From: Eledone cirrhosa
Taxonomy: Eukaryota
NCBI GenBank assembly: GCA_964016885.1
Contig: OZ024742.1
Location: 233,554,001-233,618,000 of the forward strand
Direction of reading: 5' to 3'
DNA length: 64,000 nt
Shown here: positions 1 to 14,680 of the stretch, one piece after another
Layout: each line of letters begins with the position of its first letter
Position numbering within the stretch: position 1 is the stretch's first letter
The notes under the pieces: generated by a model
Database searches by the model: none
What the model was told of the DNA's origin: nothing
What the model saw: the letters and a program-made list of their open reading frames with translations, nothing else
Position numbers and translations under genes: made by a program

Positions 1-425
1 CGGTCTCCTGGCAACACCGGCTGGGGTGTGTCTTCATGCATTTTACCATGTCTGGTCAGTCCCTTTGCTGACTTGAAAATTAAGCCACACTAAATGCAAA
101 TGTACCGTGGAGTGTGTGGCGGTAGAACCATCTCACAGTTGGCTCGATTTGTCCCCGGATCATGTGATTTCAGATGATTAACACAACCAACTCTTGTTAA
201 AAGAAATCGGCCGCATGCATTGCACTTCAATTCCAGCTGAATTTTTGTAGGCACTGTACTTGAATCCTGCCTAAGAAGTGAACAGTTCAAAACAGCATGC
301 CCCACTCACCTGTACTCAAACACATCACATCCATATTTGATGATCTTTCTCCGTGATGTACGGCCTTCAACCAGTCTCTCCCAGTTCTCCATATCAATCT
401 TCAGAGCTTTAAGATATGGCAGGTC
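1..425 (-). mobile_element. RTE-clade LINE 3' fragment (C-terminus with C2H2-like zinc fingers)
   Basis: Minus-strand translation gives [34 protein letters not shown], then CNACGRFLLTRVGCVNHLKSH and CGLIFKSAKGLTRH, resembling the RTE ORF C-terminus; frameshifted. Confidence 0.7.
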
Positions 426-429
426 GCTC

Positions 430-556
430 CTCAGTGATACTGGTAGCATGTATCACAGTACAACTTGTCACATGGTCGGGTCGTCGGTGACTAAGCTGGC
501 AACCCCACTAAGCTTTCTTGGTGAGGAGGGTGATTCGACACCCTACAGGATGAAAA
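430..556 (+). mobile_element. 5' segment of RTE-related family (same as 14008-14150)
   Basis: tactggtagcatgtatcacagtacaacttgtcacatggtcgggtcgtcggtgactaagctggcaacccc closely matches 14025-14091. Confidence 0.7.
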
Positions 557-593
557 ACATACATACATACACTTCATACATACATACAAACAG

Positions 594-626
<33 letters not shown>

Positions 627-689
627 CACACCCATATGTATATATATGTATATATATATACACACACACATCCATATATATATATACAC

Positions 690-744
<55 letters not shown>

Positions 745-1170
745 TGGTGAATGTGTATTTCGAAATTACGAGTGAAATCTGAAATTTATGAGATATTTAA
801 AGCTTCATCGAATTTTTTTTTACAATAGTCTAAATGTTAGAGTATATAACGGAGAAAATGAACATCAGTACCCGTGGAACTCGACCACGTAACTTCATGC
901 TTACCTGGATGAAATTTCATTACGCCATGACTAGCTTTTCAGCGCGGCAAGCACGCAGTTGTGGGTTCAAGTCACGCCTGTGCTAATGTCGCTATTATTT
1001 GGACGATTTTTGTATAGTCAAAAAAATAGTTGTAGTACCTAACGTTCTAGTAAATTTTATATATCTTCACTAGACTTATACCAATAGTATAAGTCCAGTG
1101 AAGATATCTTCACTGGACTTATACCATTAAGTTCACATGAAGATATTCACTATCTTCACACCAATTATTA

Positions 1171-1221
1171 TATTTTATCTGACGAAAGCGTACTTAAATA
1201 TTAGTACCCTTGAAATACGTA
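1171..1221 (+). ncRNA. Degenerate minimal hammerhead ribozyme motif
   Basis: tattttat-CTGACGA-stem II (aagcgtact..agtaccctt)-GAAA-TACGTA; the 3' stem I strand is missing or rearranged. Confidence 0.5.
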
Positions 1222-1354
1222 TGACTTATACCATTAATAAAGCGTCTTTCTCACGCGCCGCCTGGACTCGAACCCAGGACCTTACGATAGTGAACCGAAT
1301 ACCCTAACCACAAAAACATGCATCTTCATGTGCGTGTGTTTGGGGGGGGGGGGC

Positions 1355-1730
1355 AGGTCTCTGCCTGGTACTGGTACCGTGTAACTCTGTACAACCTGTT
1401 TCATCATCTGGTGGTCGGCGACTAAACCGGTTCTTCCACCAGATTCTGGGCTGGTGAAGAAGTTAAGTGGAAACCCAGCATCCCAAAATTAAGAGCTGTC
1501 AAAGGCTGAATGAACTCCACAGAGTCAATGGCCATCCACGCCAACTATGGGCTAAATAACCTCACCAACTTGCAATTGGCAAATCGGGTGAGTACGGCTA
1601 CTATCCCTGGAGAAGTTAAACTGCATGACAATAACACATGCGATCCTCGTAACTGTCCTGTTATCCTGCCTTGGTTTGTCACTGGACTCATAGCAACAGA
1701 ATTGTGAAATGATACATGAGCTCTGAAGGT
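1355..1730 (+). mobile_element. RTE-related 5' UTR and decayed ORF start
   Basis: Shares tgtacaacctgt..ggcgactaaac..gagtcaatggccatcc with 14040-14195; GLIATEL resembles the start of the RTE endonuclease. Confidence 0.5.
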
Positions 1731-2199
1731 GATTATTTCCCAATGTCTAAAGGGTTTGGTCTTATTCCTCAAATTCCACACGAAAATGACTTCATGTAGA
1801 GTTTTTAAATGTAATTTAGTGCTGGTTGAATCAGGAACTGAAAATGTTGGCAATGCATGCTTTAGTAGAGTTGGTGGGTGCAACACACTGCTATGTTATG
1901 CTTTTTGGTATGCAATTGAAATAAAGTGGACAAGTATTTGGATTAGTGACATTATATTCATTTAAACGTGGGTAAGTGTTAAATTAATTCATATTAACAA
2001 TGCCGGATTATGTTAACGCCTAGTCAAAATTAATCAGTTTATCCATCCTATGACTAAATTCATTTTAAAATATTTCATTTAGTAAAAAGTAATTCTATCT
2101 GTCTGTTAACCCATACTTCTCTCATATATTACAATACACTATTTAGAAGACAATTTAAGGACAAAATGCATGCCGAATAAACTACAAGCATTGATTATT

Positions 2200-2580
2200 T
2201 CAACCCATAGCCAAAATATTATTTATTTTTCTTAAAAAAGAATTTTCCACGCAGCATAGATATCATTTAATAAAACACTATCAAGCTTTCTTTTATTTCC
2301 ACCCTAATTTAGTCAAAATTTTTGTTTTCTCCTTATTTACCTAATCTGAACATTAATTCTAATTGCACAAACAAAGACATAATGTGACAATGTGATGTAG
2401 AAACTGATAACACCCTCAAAGAATACATTGGTTTTGCTACTAATCCTTTTAAGTTCAGTTTAAACCAGCACATACATTCATTTATAAACTTATTAGGATC
2501 CACGGGATTTGAAAAAGAACAAATTAACAATTTAAATGTTAACATCGTATCTAAATCTAAAGCATTCATAGCTATATACA
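2200..2580 (+). mobile_element. Penelope-like element C-terminal remnant with GIY-YIG endonuclease (Naiad-like)
   Basis: Translates ..KKNFPRS..FNKNTIKLS.. and CTNKDIM*QCDVETDNTLKEYIGFATNPFKFSLNQHIHSF (YIG, with the conserved H of the GIY-YIG fold); contains stops. Confidence 0.65.
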
Positions 2581-2966
2581 TTCTACGCGTCTAGCTTAAC
2601 CACTGGGCTGTGTCACATTACCCAAACATATTGATACCATTTGACATTATCACTTTAACTGCACAAAAGTACTAGGCATCTTTATATTATTATCTTATGA
2701 TTAGATAATATATCGATATATATCGTTACCTCCTTACACGTTTATCGGGTCACTTTTTAGTTTACTAATATGTTATATATTTCTACAAGTGCTTATTTTT
2801 TAATGATTATATAGCTACTTGTATATGTATATATATATATATATATATTTGAAAAGTTCGGGACTCCGACGGCTGAGCCACTCTACTACACCAAGTATCG
2901 AGTACTCTGGTTAGTAATGGTCTAACAGGTTTTTACCACCTCTATTCTGATATATATATATATATA

Positions 2967-3416
<450 letters not shown>

Positions 3417-3483
3417 ATGGTGGTAGAACACTGGAAGGTAATATCCGTAGTGGTAGAGCACTCAGTCCATGGGACGAGTTAGG

Positions 3484-3635
3484 TAGAAGTGGTTACACAA
3501 CAGTTAGTTCACCATACCGAGAACAATTGTTTCACCTTACCGGATCCGCAGCTCGCAATATTACGAGCTGAGGATCCGCTAAGGTGAACCATTTGTTCTC
3601 GGTATGGTGAACTAACTGTTGTGTAACCACTTCTA
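3484..3635. mobile_element. Near-perfect 152-bp palindrome with one HHR per arm
   Basis: Arms are reverse complements. Plus arm: cgag-CTGAGGA-tccgctaaggt-GAAC-catttg-TT-ctcg. Minus arm: cgag-CTGCGGA-..-GAAA-CAATTG-TT-ctcg. Confidence 0.8.
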
Positions 3636-3644
3636 TATATATAT

Positions 3645-3742
<98 letters not shown>

Positions 3743-4969
3743 CTGTGTGTGTGTGTGTGTGTGTATCTGTGTGTATACCTATATACTCGTGTAAAAGTCG
3801 AATTATTTAGACCACTTTTGAAGGTTAAATTTATGGAGTCGACTATTAGAAGGATACTACTTTTGAGGGGCTTGGATTTCAGGCTAAAATCCAAACTACC
3901 GTATCAGCAGCAGAAGCCCAAATGATCTCTAATTGAATAAAAACAATAACAGAATGAATTACACTAATATTACCGATTCTATGCAACAAAACACATGTCC
4001 TAGTAAATAACAAAATCCACAAACCAGGCTGCATAACTCTTATGAATATTTACACTTGCTCTTTTACTCGTATCCATCAAACTTAACAGAAACGTTTAGA
4101 TAAATATTTAGTTTCAAAAATGTATTTGCAATAATATATATTTGTATATAACAATGTTGTTTTTGTTGGAAGATATACACAAATTTATAACTGTAGAGAG
4201 ACATATAGACAGGTAAATTAGTAGATAAATAGGTAGTTATTAAACATAAATATGTCAACAATAATCAGAAATCGTAAATATTGTTGTTGTTGTTGTTGTT
4301 GGTGGTGGTGGTAGTGTAAACAAAGCCCAGGCATATATTCGGATCTATACACATACCCACACACAATACTCATAATGTTATGTGCATATATACATACATA
4401 TATATATGCGTGTGTGTGTGTGTGTTTTAGTGTGTAAAAGTGTGTATATATGTGTGTTCGCGCGAATGTGTGTGTACAGTAACTAAAAGAATACATATGA
4501 CGCCATAAATCTATTAAATGATTTTTCATAAATTGAAAATCTTAATGATAATTTGCATTTCGTGTCCGTCCGTCAGTCCACTTCCGAGTAGTTAGCGCAG
4601 ACGCATTGAATTCGTTTTTGACAAGTGCAATTAAAATTTTTTTTTTTTAGTGCAATCTTTTCATTGAATGTAAATAAGGGCGATATTAATTCAATTGTAA
4701 ATAAGGCTGTATATAACAATTCGAATGTAAATATAAATATATCAAATATGTTTGTGTATATATAAGAATGTGTAATTATAAATATATCGTTTTTGAATTT
4801 GTTTTGCAAGATTTCTTATCTGAAAACGTGTGTTGAAACAGATCTCCTGTTTTTATTGGCAGCATGACCCTCCCAAAGTATAAAAATATATATATATGTT
4901 TATCCCGGGTTCAATCGGAGGTAACCACAGTAAGTAAGGTACTCAATACATAGCAGAGTATAAATATTT

Positions 4970-5093
4970 AATATAGAAATGGCTTCTACAGGACTAGAGC
5001 TGTTTCATTCAGGAAAAATTATCAGGAAACATGGGCTTGCTGAAGATTTCCCGAATGAAACAGCTCTAGTCCTGTAGAAACCATTTCTATATT
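4970..5093. mobile_element. Foldback mini-element with degenerate HHR cores on both strands
   Basis: Inverted arms atatagaaatggcttctacaggactagagctgtttcattc; cores CTGAAGA..GAAAcagctcTA (+) and CTGATAA..GAAAcagctcTA (-); stem I is poor. Confidence 0.6.
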
Positions 5094-5154
5094 ATATATA
5101 TATAAAACTTTGGTACGTTATGGTCCACCTGGTTCCTTACCACACTTCCTTCGT

Positions 5155-5243
<89 letters not shown>

Positions 5244-5363
5244 GACGGCGATGAATTTGTTTTGCGAGTGAGTGTGTTGTTATTAATTCTGGCAATATTA
5301 TTACAACAACATGACCCTCCCCAAGTATAACAATATATTTATACATATATATATATATATGTA

Positions 5364-5410
<47 letters not shown>

Positions 5411-5415
<5 letters not shown>

Positions 5416-5703
5416 GGAGGTGAGTTTATTGTAGTACAATAAAGCAATGCAGATATCGGATAAGAAGCACTCTACAGTTTGTAGGACTGGAGTATACATA
5501 ATATATAAGAACAAAAGATGGTTAAAAGAGTTCCATGTATTTTATTATGCGCATTTCAAAAACAAATATCACAAGTGTGTTTTAACCTTCATATCATGTC
5601 TTCCTATTTTATCTGATGAAAACACAAATATTATTGCATGATGATATTTGTTTTTGAAATGCGCATAATAAAATACATGGAACTCTTTTAACCATCTTTT
5701 GTT

Positions 5704-5710
<7 letters not shown>
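5411..5710. mobile_element. PLE-type mini-element family A, foldback copy 2
   Basis: Same sequence as 2967-3317 but with a different inversion breakpoint; embedded in (TA)n. Confidence 0.8.
5605..5675 (+). ncRNA. Minimal type I hammerhead ribozyme
   Basis: tattttat-CTGATGA-stem II-GAAA-TGCGCA-TA-ataaaata. Confidence 0.85.
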
Positions 5711-5762
<52 letters not shown>

Positions 5763-5899
5763 CAGAGAAGGTGTGGTAAGATACCCAGGTGGACCATAAC
5801 GCACCAGAGTACTCGATACTTAGGGTAGTACAGTAGATCTACCTGTCGAAACGGCCGGAGCTCAGCCATCGGGGTCCTGACTCGACAGACACCTACATT

Positions 5900-8450
5900 T
5901 TATGGGTGTAGACATTGTCTCCGCAGTTTTTAAACGAATTTTTTTTTTTAAATTGGGTTTTGGCCCTTTTGTGAATTTTATTTTTACTATTATAAATATT
6001 TGTTCAATTAATCCATCCTTCCCATGCATGAAGGATGATAAGTGTACCCAGAACTACCCCCCTCCATGTACAAGAAATTCAAACTGGAGAAATGGCTACC
6101 CATTTTACAGCTGAAGAAAACCTGGGCATGGTGGTTTAATTACGTAAAACAAAATGAGAAATGGAAAAGAATTCATTAACAATCGGTGGATTGTACCCTA
6201 TTGTCCTCTTCTTACAAATTATAAAAACATTTAAAGCCCATATCAATGTTGAATTTTGCAGCTCTATTAAATCCATTAATTATGTTTGCAAATATGTAAA
6301 CAAAGGTTTAGATGCTGCAACATACATTATTATGCAGAATGATAGTCAGCAGATAATGAGGCTTTCTAACGCATCTTCAATTTTCCCATTCATGAGAGGC
6401 ACCCGGCTCTCATTTAACTAATCCTTTTTTCATGAAGTCCGAGGTCCCAATCCATTCTATGATTTGAGAAGAGTAAATAGTCATGTGTGTGAAACTTATA
6501 GGAAAGCATGTTATCAACAATGTTTGTTAGAAAATGATGACGATTGGGACCTTGCATTGATTGAAACATCAGTGTCAGATTCTCCAAGGAAACTCTGTAA
6601 CCTTTTTGCCATTATTCTAAACATGTGCCAAATTGCCAGTCCCCTACAGCTTTGAATGAAGCATCGAGAGGACATGGCTGGGGACTTAAAGCATGCAGTT
6701 CAACAGGCAAACTCAGGTATCAATATTCAGTTCTGCGAAGACATTTTCAATCAAGCACTGACTGAAATTGAGGATCAATTTTGGTAATGGGGGCAAGAAA
6801 TTGCAAGAGTCTGGTTCCAGACTGCTAAAAACAAACCGTCAAATTAGTGGTTTAACTTCAAAAGAGTTTTCAAGAGAGACAAATTATGACATCACAAAGT
6901 TGGCTGGATTTGTGAATGAACATGAGCCTAAACGTCTTCCAGAGCAACGCTGTGCATATTATGAAATAATTTCGTCAGTCAGAGGAATTTTCTTTCTTGA
7001 CGCTCCGGGTGGCAAAGGTAAAGCATGTATAAAAACAAAATAATGCAACAAAAAGAATTTCACTTGCTATTTCATCGTCTAGCATTGCTGCCATCCTTCT
7101 CCTGGGAGGACGAACAGCCCATACTACTTTTAAATTACCGCTAAACCTGGTCACAAATGACACTCCAATTTGTAATATAAGCAAAGGCTCAGGGTCAGCA
7201 GAAATGTTGCGCCAATACCACCTGATCATTTGGGATGAATGCACCATGTCACATAGAGGAGCGATAGAAGCTCTTGATAAGAGAGTACCGTACAGAACAT
7301 AAGAGGCAACAATACATCTATGGGAGGAGTTACATTAGTTTTATCAGGAGACTTCAGACAGACATTACTAGTCATTCTGAGAGGCACAAGAGCTGATGAA
7401 ATAAAAGAATGCATTAAGTCTTCGCAGCTATGGAATAAAGTACAGAATTTCTCCTTCAATATTAACATACGAGCTTTATTACACGGGGACAAATATACAG
7501 AACACTTTTCAACTCGACTCTTTCAATTAAGAAATGGGACAGTTCCAACTGATGGGAATGGTTATATCAACTTGGCTCATATTGCTACCATGTTGAATTC
7601 GTCAGCTGAATTGAAGAACAGGGTATTTCCAGGCTTAAATAATCATTATAATTGACACAAATGGTTGTGTGAAAGGGCAATTCTTGCTCCAAAAAATGAA
7701 ATAGTAGCAAGGATTAACCATGAATTAATGAATAAGATTCCAGCAGTCATTAAGGAGTACAACTCAATTGATTCAGTCCTAGATCAAAATCAAACTGTCC
7801 ACTACCCAACAAAGTTCCTTAATTCTTTTGAGCCACCTGAAACTCATTCACATAAACTTTTCCTGAAGGGTGGAGTCCCAATAATGCTTCTAAGAAATTT
7901 AGATTCTCCTAAATTATGCAATGGGATTAAAGTTACCATCATCACTGGATGTGTCTCTGGTGAAGATGTTTTCATTGCAAGAATTCCAATCAAACCAACA
8001 GACATACCATTTGAATTCAAACGAACTCAATTCCCAGTGTGACTTTGCTTCGCAATGTCTATCAATAAAGCTCAAGGTCGGACATTGAAATGTAACTTAA
8101 GTTAGCCTTGCTTTTCTCATGGTCAACTTTACGTTTGTTGCTCCAGGGTGGGTAGTTTACAAGACTTATTTGTTTATGCTCCAAACCAGAAAACAAAGAA
8201 TGTTGTTTACCCAGAAGCTCTTACATAATTTCTTTCAAAATATATGTGATAGAATTTATCTCCCCTCTTAAAAGTCATAAATTTTGTGTTTTCATTTTTT
8301 ATTACTTTTTGTATTATGAATTCAGAATTGGTTTCATCATGTACCTCAATTGAAGAATAAATGGAATTCAAAATAACAAATTTCTATACAACATGTTTTG
8401 TTTTCTTCTTCTAATATATAAGGAACACTTTCATTCCCGGGCAACGCTAG
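5900..8450 (+). mobile_element. Decayed, internally deleted Helitron (Rep region fragment plus PIF1-like helicase)
   Basis: Motifs CMKDDKCTQNYP, AHINVEFCSSIKSINYVCKYVNKG, FFLDAPGGKGK, LIIWDECTM, GGVTLVLSGDFRQ, RAILAPKNE, IMLLRNLD..LCNG, FKRTQFPV, FSHGQLYV..SRVG; many stops and frameshifts; ends ccgggcaacgCTAG at 8450. Confidence 0.95.
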
Positions 8451-8455
8451 CTTCT

Positions 8456-8579
<124 letters not shown>

Positions 8580-8734
8580 CACACACACATTGATTTGTAC
8601 CTATCTATGAATTACTCGTTCTGTCTCTATGTATTCCTATCTATCTATCGCCAAGTACAGAAAGCATTCTCCAAAGGAGAATAAACTGGATTTGTCTCGT
8701 ATATGTATAAAATAATATATATATATACATACAT

Positions 8735-8769
<35 letters not shown>

Positions 8770-9292
8770 ACACAGGTAGAGGTGTTGGAACGTCGGAGAG
8801 AATGTTGGTCATTATTCATTGAGCTGAGGTTAAGTTTCCCTATCATCCTTCTATATAAAAAAGTACCTGACCAATACTGAGACCGACTATATTTCTGTAC
8901 CTCTTTCATACTTCCATTGTCGCTATCCCACTCTCTTTCTAGAGAGAGAAATCGGCTACTTCCAGGGGCGATAGGCTTCGCCAAATTTTCGAATTGTCCG
9001 GGGTTTCCCATATATATATATATATATTACCTACTAAATTTAAGTGAAAAAACTATTTATTGGATTATAAGCCAAACACGCCCCCCAAAAATTTGATATT
9101 TTATCTATATATTTTGTCCATTCATTGAGATGTTTAAGTATTAGAGACTTTAATTAATATTAAGTTGCTCCTGATTTGTTGAATTGTATTAGACTGTCTT
9201 TTGGCTGCTATTTCTCATGGCATTATAAGCATGTCCTAATATATTAAGAAACATTTGTTCATTTAATAGTTCAACTGCACAACGTGGTTTGT

Positions 9293-9451
9293 TCAGCATG
9301 CTGGCTCAGCAACAGTATGCATAATTTCATGATCATTATAGCCTCTTAGAACTGAGGAATTTGCGTATTCTTCAAATGTTCGTCTTTTCCAATAATTACT
9401 TCTTCCGTAAATGAAACCAGGGTAGGAAGATCGATATATAAATGAGATGGA
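9293..9451 (-). CDS. Candidate terminal exon of an unidentified minus-strand gene
   Basis: Unique sequence; acceptor tttag followed by an open frame SISFIYRSSYPGFIYGRSNYWKRRTFEEYANSSVLRGYNDHEIMHTVAEPAC*; no recognisable homology. Confidence 0.2.
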   Translation of the reverse strand, partial: SISFIYRSSYPGFIYGRSNYWKRRTFEEYANSSVLRGYNDHEIMHTVAEPAC

Positions 9452-9662
9452 CTAAAGTTATATTTGGTCTATCTAGCTTATACTCCCATAAATAGAGCTT
9501 TTTTATTTAAATTAAATATGAAATATTTCTTCTCTGATTGAGACTAATTAATCTTTAATTAATATATATAGATAGATGTTTCCGTTCTTTTTCCGATCAC
9601 TTTGTCCTGTGCACTCTCAAGTTTTGAATTTATATATATATATATATACATATATACATATA

Positions 9663-10030
9663 TATATTGTTAAACTTGGGGAGGGTCATATTGTAATAAT
9701 ATTGCCAGAAATAATAACAAAGTTCTTTCGTTGCACATTTGCAACATCATCAGTGGCACTATTATGTTTCCACCTGTTGTATTGTATGTCTACGCTTTTG
9801 TTAGACTATATATATGTATTTATATCTGTATTTTTGACCGTTGGTCAGTCAATGATAAACATAGAGGACCAAATGAAATAGCTATGGCCATATAAAAGAT
9901 ACAGAAGCGAAACCCAACCAAACAGTGAGTGTGTTCTGTTATTATTTCTAGCAATATTATTACAACAATATGACCCTCCCCAAGTATAACAATATTTGTT
10001 TCGACACACGATTTCATATCAAAAACCTCG
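9663..10030. mobile_element. Mini-element family C in inverted arrangement, with a degenerate HHR at 9982-10030 (-)
   Basis: attgttaaacttggggagggtcatattgtaataatattgccagaaataataac is inverted at 9936-9995; other copies at 4855-4885, 5265-5340 and 13055-13095. Confidence 0.65.
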
Positions 10031-10041
10031 CAAAATAAAAA

Positions 10042-10110
<69 letters not shown>

Positions 10111-10189
10111 TGTATATATATATATATTATATATATATATATATATTATATATATATATGTATGTATGTATATATATATATATATATAA

Positions 10190-10225
<36 letters not shown>

Positions 10226-10367
10226 ATGGGCGGGAGCATACGAATATGTGCGAAATGCAAACGGATAAACAACACAGAAAAACAATACAGGAGAATGAAG
10301 ATATATGTTTACCGTTTGATATAGTAGTAAAAGAATAATATATGTATAATACATATTCATATATACA

Positions 10368-10468
<101 letters not shown>

Positions 10469-10522
10469 ATATATATGTATAAGTATATACATATAAATAC
10501 ATAGATACATTTATACATATAT

Positions 10523-10607
<85 letters not shown>

Positions 10608-10610
<3 letters not shown>

Positions 10611-10781
10611 TGGCTGCCAACTCGTTTTCGAGTACGGCCACTACTTTATATCCATGTAGGAGACCCCCAAAAAGAAGAACAAGTCAACATCATTGGATAC
10701 CATCAGGGTTGCAGGTGTTATATCAGAGTTTTCCTTCTCCTAGAATTCTGCCTTGACAAAGGCTAAGGGGTCATCTCTCCC
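10608..10781 (-). mobile_element. Non-autonomous RTE derivative (5' UTR piece fused to 3' tail)
   Basis: Near-identical reverse complement of 14204-14316 joined to 14520-14580; flanked by (TA)n. Confidence 0.85.
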
Positions 10782-11030
10782 AATATATATACATACATAT
10801 ATATATATAGAGAGAGAAATATATAAGTATATACATATATATATATACATATATACATATATATATACATACATATATTTATACATACAGCTTAAGCGTG
10901 AACCTAATGCTAACACTTTGTACTGCCTCTTCCATTTGTTTTTGTTTTTTCGGTTTTCTGTTTTAACTATTATATACATGCACCCACACATATATATATG
11001 TATGTATATGTATAACATATATAGTAGTAA

Positions 11031-11189
<159 letters not shown>

Positions 11190-11313
11190 TAGATATATGT
11201 ACATATATACCAGCTGAAATACGATTCTCGCTGAATTTATATTTATATATATATATATATATACTCACATATAGAAATCACATGAATCAAAGTTCTGTTC
11301 AAACCATTTATTA

Positions 11314-11358
11314 GCTTACAATTGTTTCGTCCAAACCGAGGTATGGAGTCTTCGGAGC
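11314..11358 (-). ncRNA. Minimal hammerhead ribozyme (variant core CCGAAGA)
   Basis: Minus strand: gct-CCGAAGA-ctccatacctcggtttggac-GAAA-CAATTG-TA-agc, then AATAAA; lies in a TA-flanked insert of about 11262-11480. Confidence 0.75.
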
Positions 11359-11657
11359 AATTTTTCAATGATTGTTTACATACATGACCTTCTTTCCAAC
11401 ACAAGAGACATCCAGAAACATATGTAAATATCGATGCACAGTGGGGTGACATCCATTATAATATTTTAGCATATACTCACATATACATATATACATATAT
11501 ATATACGCATATACATATGTACATATGTATAAACATATACATATATAAACATACATAAATATATATATATATATACATATACATATTTACACATATATCT
11601 ATATATATAGATATATATACACATATATACACAAATATATACACATATATATATACA

Positions 11658-11706
<49 letters not shown>

Positions 11707-11729
11707 GTATAATGTATATATATATGTAT

Positions 11730-11819
<90 letters not shown>

Positions 11820-12055
11820 ATATGCATATATATATATGTATATATGCATGTATATATTATACCAAGCTCTTACCATTAGATATTTCTACCAAACCTTTAC
11901 TATAGTATATATAGAAGTTATATTTCTGAAAGGAAATCACATTCAACCTCCGGCATCTTTATTTCTAGTTTTCTTATGACAGGCTGAGTTGGAGTCCAGA
12001 ACCCAACAAAACTTAAGTACCGGTCTATGTCACTGTTGTAACTATACACACACAA

Positions 12056-12350
<295 letters not shown>

Positions 12351-12359
12351 TATATATAT

Positions 12360-12665
12360 GATAAAGAGCGGAAGAACTCACGAGTGTCAACGGCCATCCA
12401 AAAGTGTGTAAATATGTATATACACATGTACCACGCGGTTAAACCACTGGGAGTGAAGGACCCCTAGCCTTTATTAGGGCATTCTTCTAGAAGGCAACTC
12501 AGGAAACTGGGATAACTCCGATATAAAACCTGCGGCTCAGTAGCTACCGAGGATGTTGATCTTTTCTTCTTTTCGGGTTATAGCTACTGTCGCTCAGAGA
12601 GTGGGATTGGCTCAGTGCACAGTCTTTCCTCACTTTAAAAAATATCTTCATGCACAGGCATTGCA
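12360..12665 (+). mobile_element. RTE-related 5' UTR fragment
   Basis: gtcaacggccatccaaaa..actccgatataaaacctgc..gatgttgatcttttcttctttt..gagagtgggattggc aligns with 14180-14370. Confidence 0.6.
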
Positions 12666-12823
12666 CGATAGAATTAATTAATAATTATTAATAATGGTAT
12701 ATCTTGAAATGGTCATACTTGATAACGAGGGGGCAGCCATCATATATATATATATACATGCACACACACATATATATATGTATATGTATATATATGTATG
12801 TATATGTATAACATATATAGGTG

Positions 12824-12863
<40 letters not shown>

Positions 12864-12940
12864 GATATATGTACATATATATATGTATATATATATGTAT
12901 ATGAATTTAAATAAATATTTATGTATATATGTACGTACTT

Positions 12941-12972
<32 letters not shown>

Positions 12973-12973
12973 G

Positions 12974-13052
<79 letters not shown>

Positions 13053-13369
13053 AAGTGTGTTCTGTTATTATTTCTGGCAATATTATAACAATATAACCCT
13101 CCCCAAGTATAACAATATATATATATATATATTATACATATACATATGCATTATACAAATACACATATACACACACACACACGCACGCACACACCCGCAT
13201 GTGTTTACATCAAGTTATGCCTACGCTCGAAGCCTTTTAATTAAGAAAGGCCTCGAAAGAAAAGGTGAAACGTATATGTATATGTTTCTCTTTCTCTTAA
13301 TTTCTAGTACATTTGTGACCGGCCACCTTCCTGGTGGCAAGGTTGTAAAAGAAAAGAAATGGTCATGCC

Positions 13370-13968
13370 TTGGATCGCAAAAATGTTGAAGGTGCCAGCT
13401 ATCGCAGTCATTTGTAGTCTATGAATTAGGGTGCTGCGTTCTTTGTCCACAAATCCAAGTCCAGTCATACTTTGCTCCAAACGGGTTGGTATATAACCTG
13501 TAGCTCCAATAATGATGGGTATGAAGCTGAAGGTGTATCTTGGATACTGGATCTGCAAACCCCTCATCAATGGTCCGTAGATGTGCTCCTGCGCCTGTAT
13601 GTTTCTTACAACAAATGAGGAGGAATATGTTGAGAAACATGGTATCTCAACATATTCCTCTTCATTTGTTTTTAATTTTGATTTCCTAAGTGCGTTCCAT
13701 ATGGTTCTAGCTATCACATCGTGTCTCATATGGAGGTAGTAGAGAGACGACATTCTTTCGCAGATGGCAACAATTTGGCTAACATCTTCGATCTTTGTTT
13801 TCCAAAGCCTACATTTATTGTCGACTGATGGCCCTCTTCTTTTGTGTAGCAAATATTTGGTAAGGATTTCTAGCTCCTGTATTGGATAGAGATATCCTTC
13901 AAGGTGAGATGTTATAAACTTGTCGGAACTCCATGCCAGGCTTTTTGAATGATTTATGGTCTGTATAC
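13370..13968 (-). mobile_element. R4/Dong-like non-LTR retrotransposon C-terminal fragment (CCHC plus restriction-like endonuclease)
   Basis: EGYLYPIQELEILTKYL..DNKCRL..IEDVSQIVAIC..RHDVIARTIW..FIPIIIGATGYIP; internally deleted. Confidence 0.8.
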
Positions 13969-14007
13969 ATGTTTGTATGTATTTATGTTATGTCATATGT
14001 TATGTCA

Positions 14008-14580
14008 GGTGACGAGTTGGTGCTACTGGTAACATGTATCCCAGTACAACCTGTCTCATGGTCGGGTCGTTGGCGACTAAACTGGCAACCCCACCAAGGT
14101 TTCTTGGTGAGGAGGGTGACTTTGGACATCCTGCAGGACTAAAAACAAAACCTGTCAAAGGGAAAAGGAGCTCTTAAGAGTCAATGGCCATCCAAAATCA
14201 CCGGGAGAGATGACTCCTTAGCCTTTGTCAAGGCAGAATTCTAGGAGAAGGAAAACTCTGATATAACACCTGCAACCCTGATGGTATCCAATGATGTTGA
14301 CTTGTTCTTCTTTTTGGTAAATATCATCTTGGTTAAGAGAGTGGGACTGGCACACGGCACAGGCATTGCTTTATATCTGGAGATCTCTCTGCACTTGTCG
14401 TCTCATGGTACCATGGGCCCAGCACTATGTGTCAATAATTGTCACAAGTGTAGTGTTTGTACCAGAGTTTTCAAGTCGCTGGCTGGACTAAAAAGTCACA
14501 CTCGTTCAGCGCATCGGTAGGGGTTCTCCTACATGGATATAAAGTAGTGGCCGTACTCGAAAACGAGTTGGCAGCCACCA
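14008..14580 (+). mobile_element. Internally deleted RTE element (5' UTR, last zinc finger, 3' UTR)
   Basis: Ends CHKCSVCTRVFKSLAGLKSHTRSAHR* followed by ..gagttggcagccacca and microsatellite. Confidence 0.8.
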
Positions 14581-14603
14581 TGTATGTATGTAATTATGTA
14601 CGC

Positions 14604-14680
<77 letters not shown>

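Noticed and set aside
7320-8042. Host PIF1 helicase gene
   Set aside because: Intronless, full of stops and frameshifts, and linked to Helitron Rep-region motifs and a CTAG end.
13240-13280. Possible HHR (..aggtGAAAcgTA)
   Set aside because: No recognisable CUGANGA or stem I.
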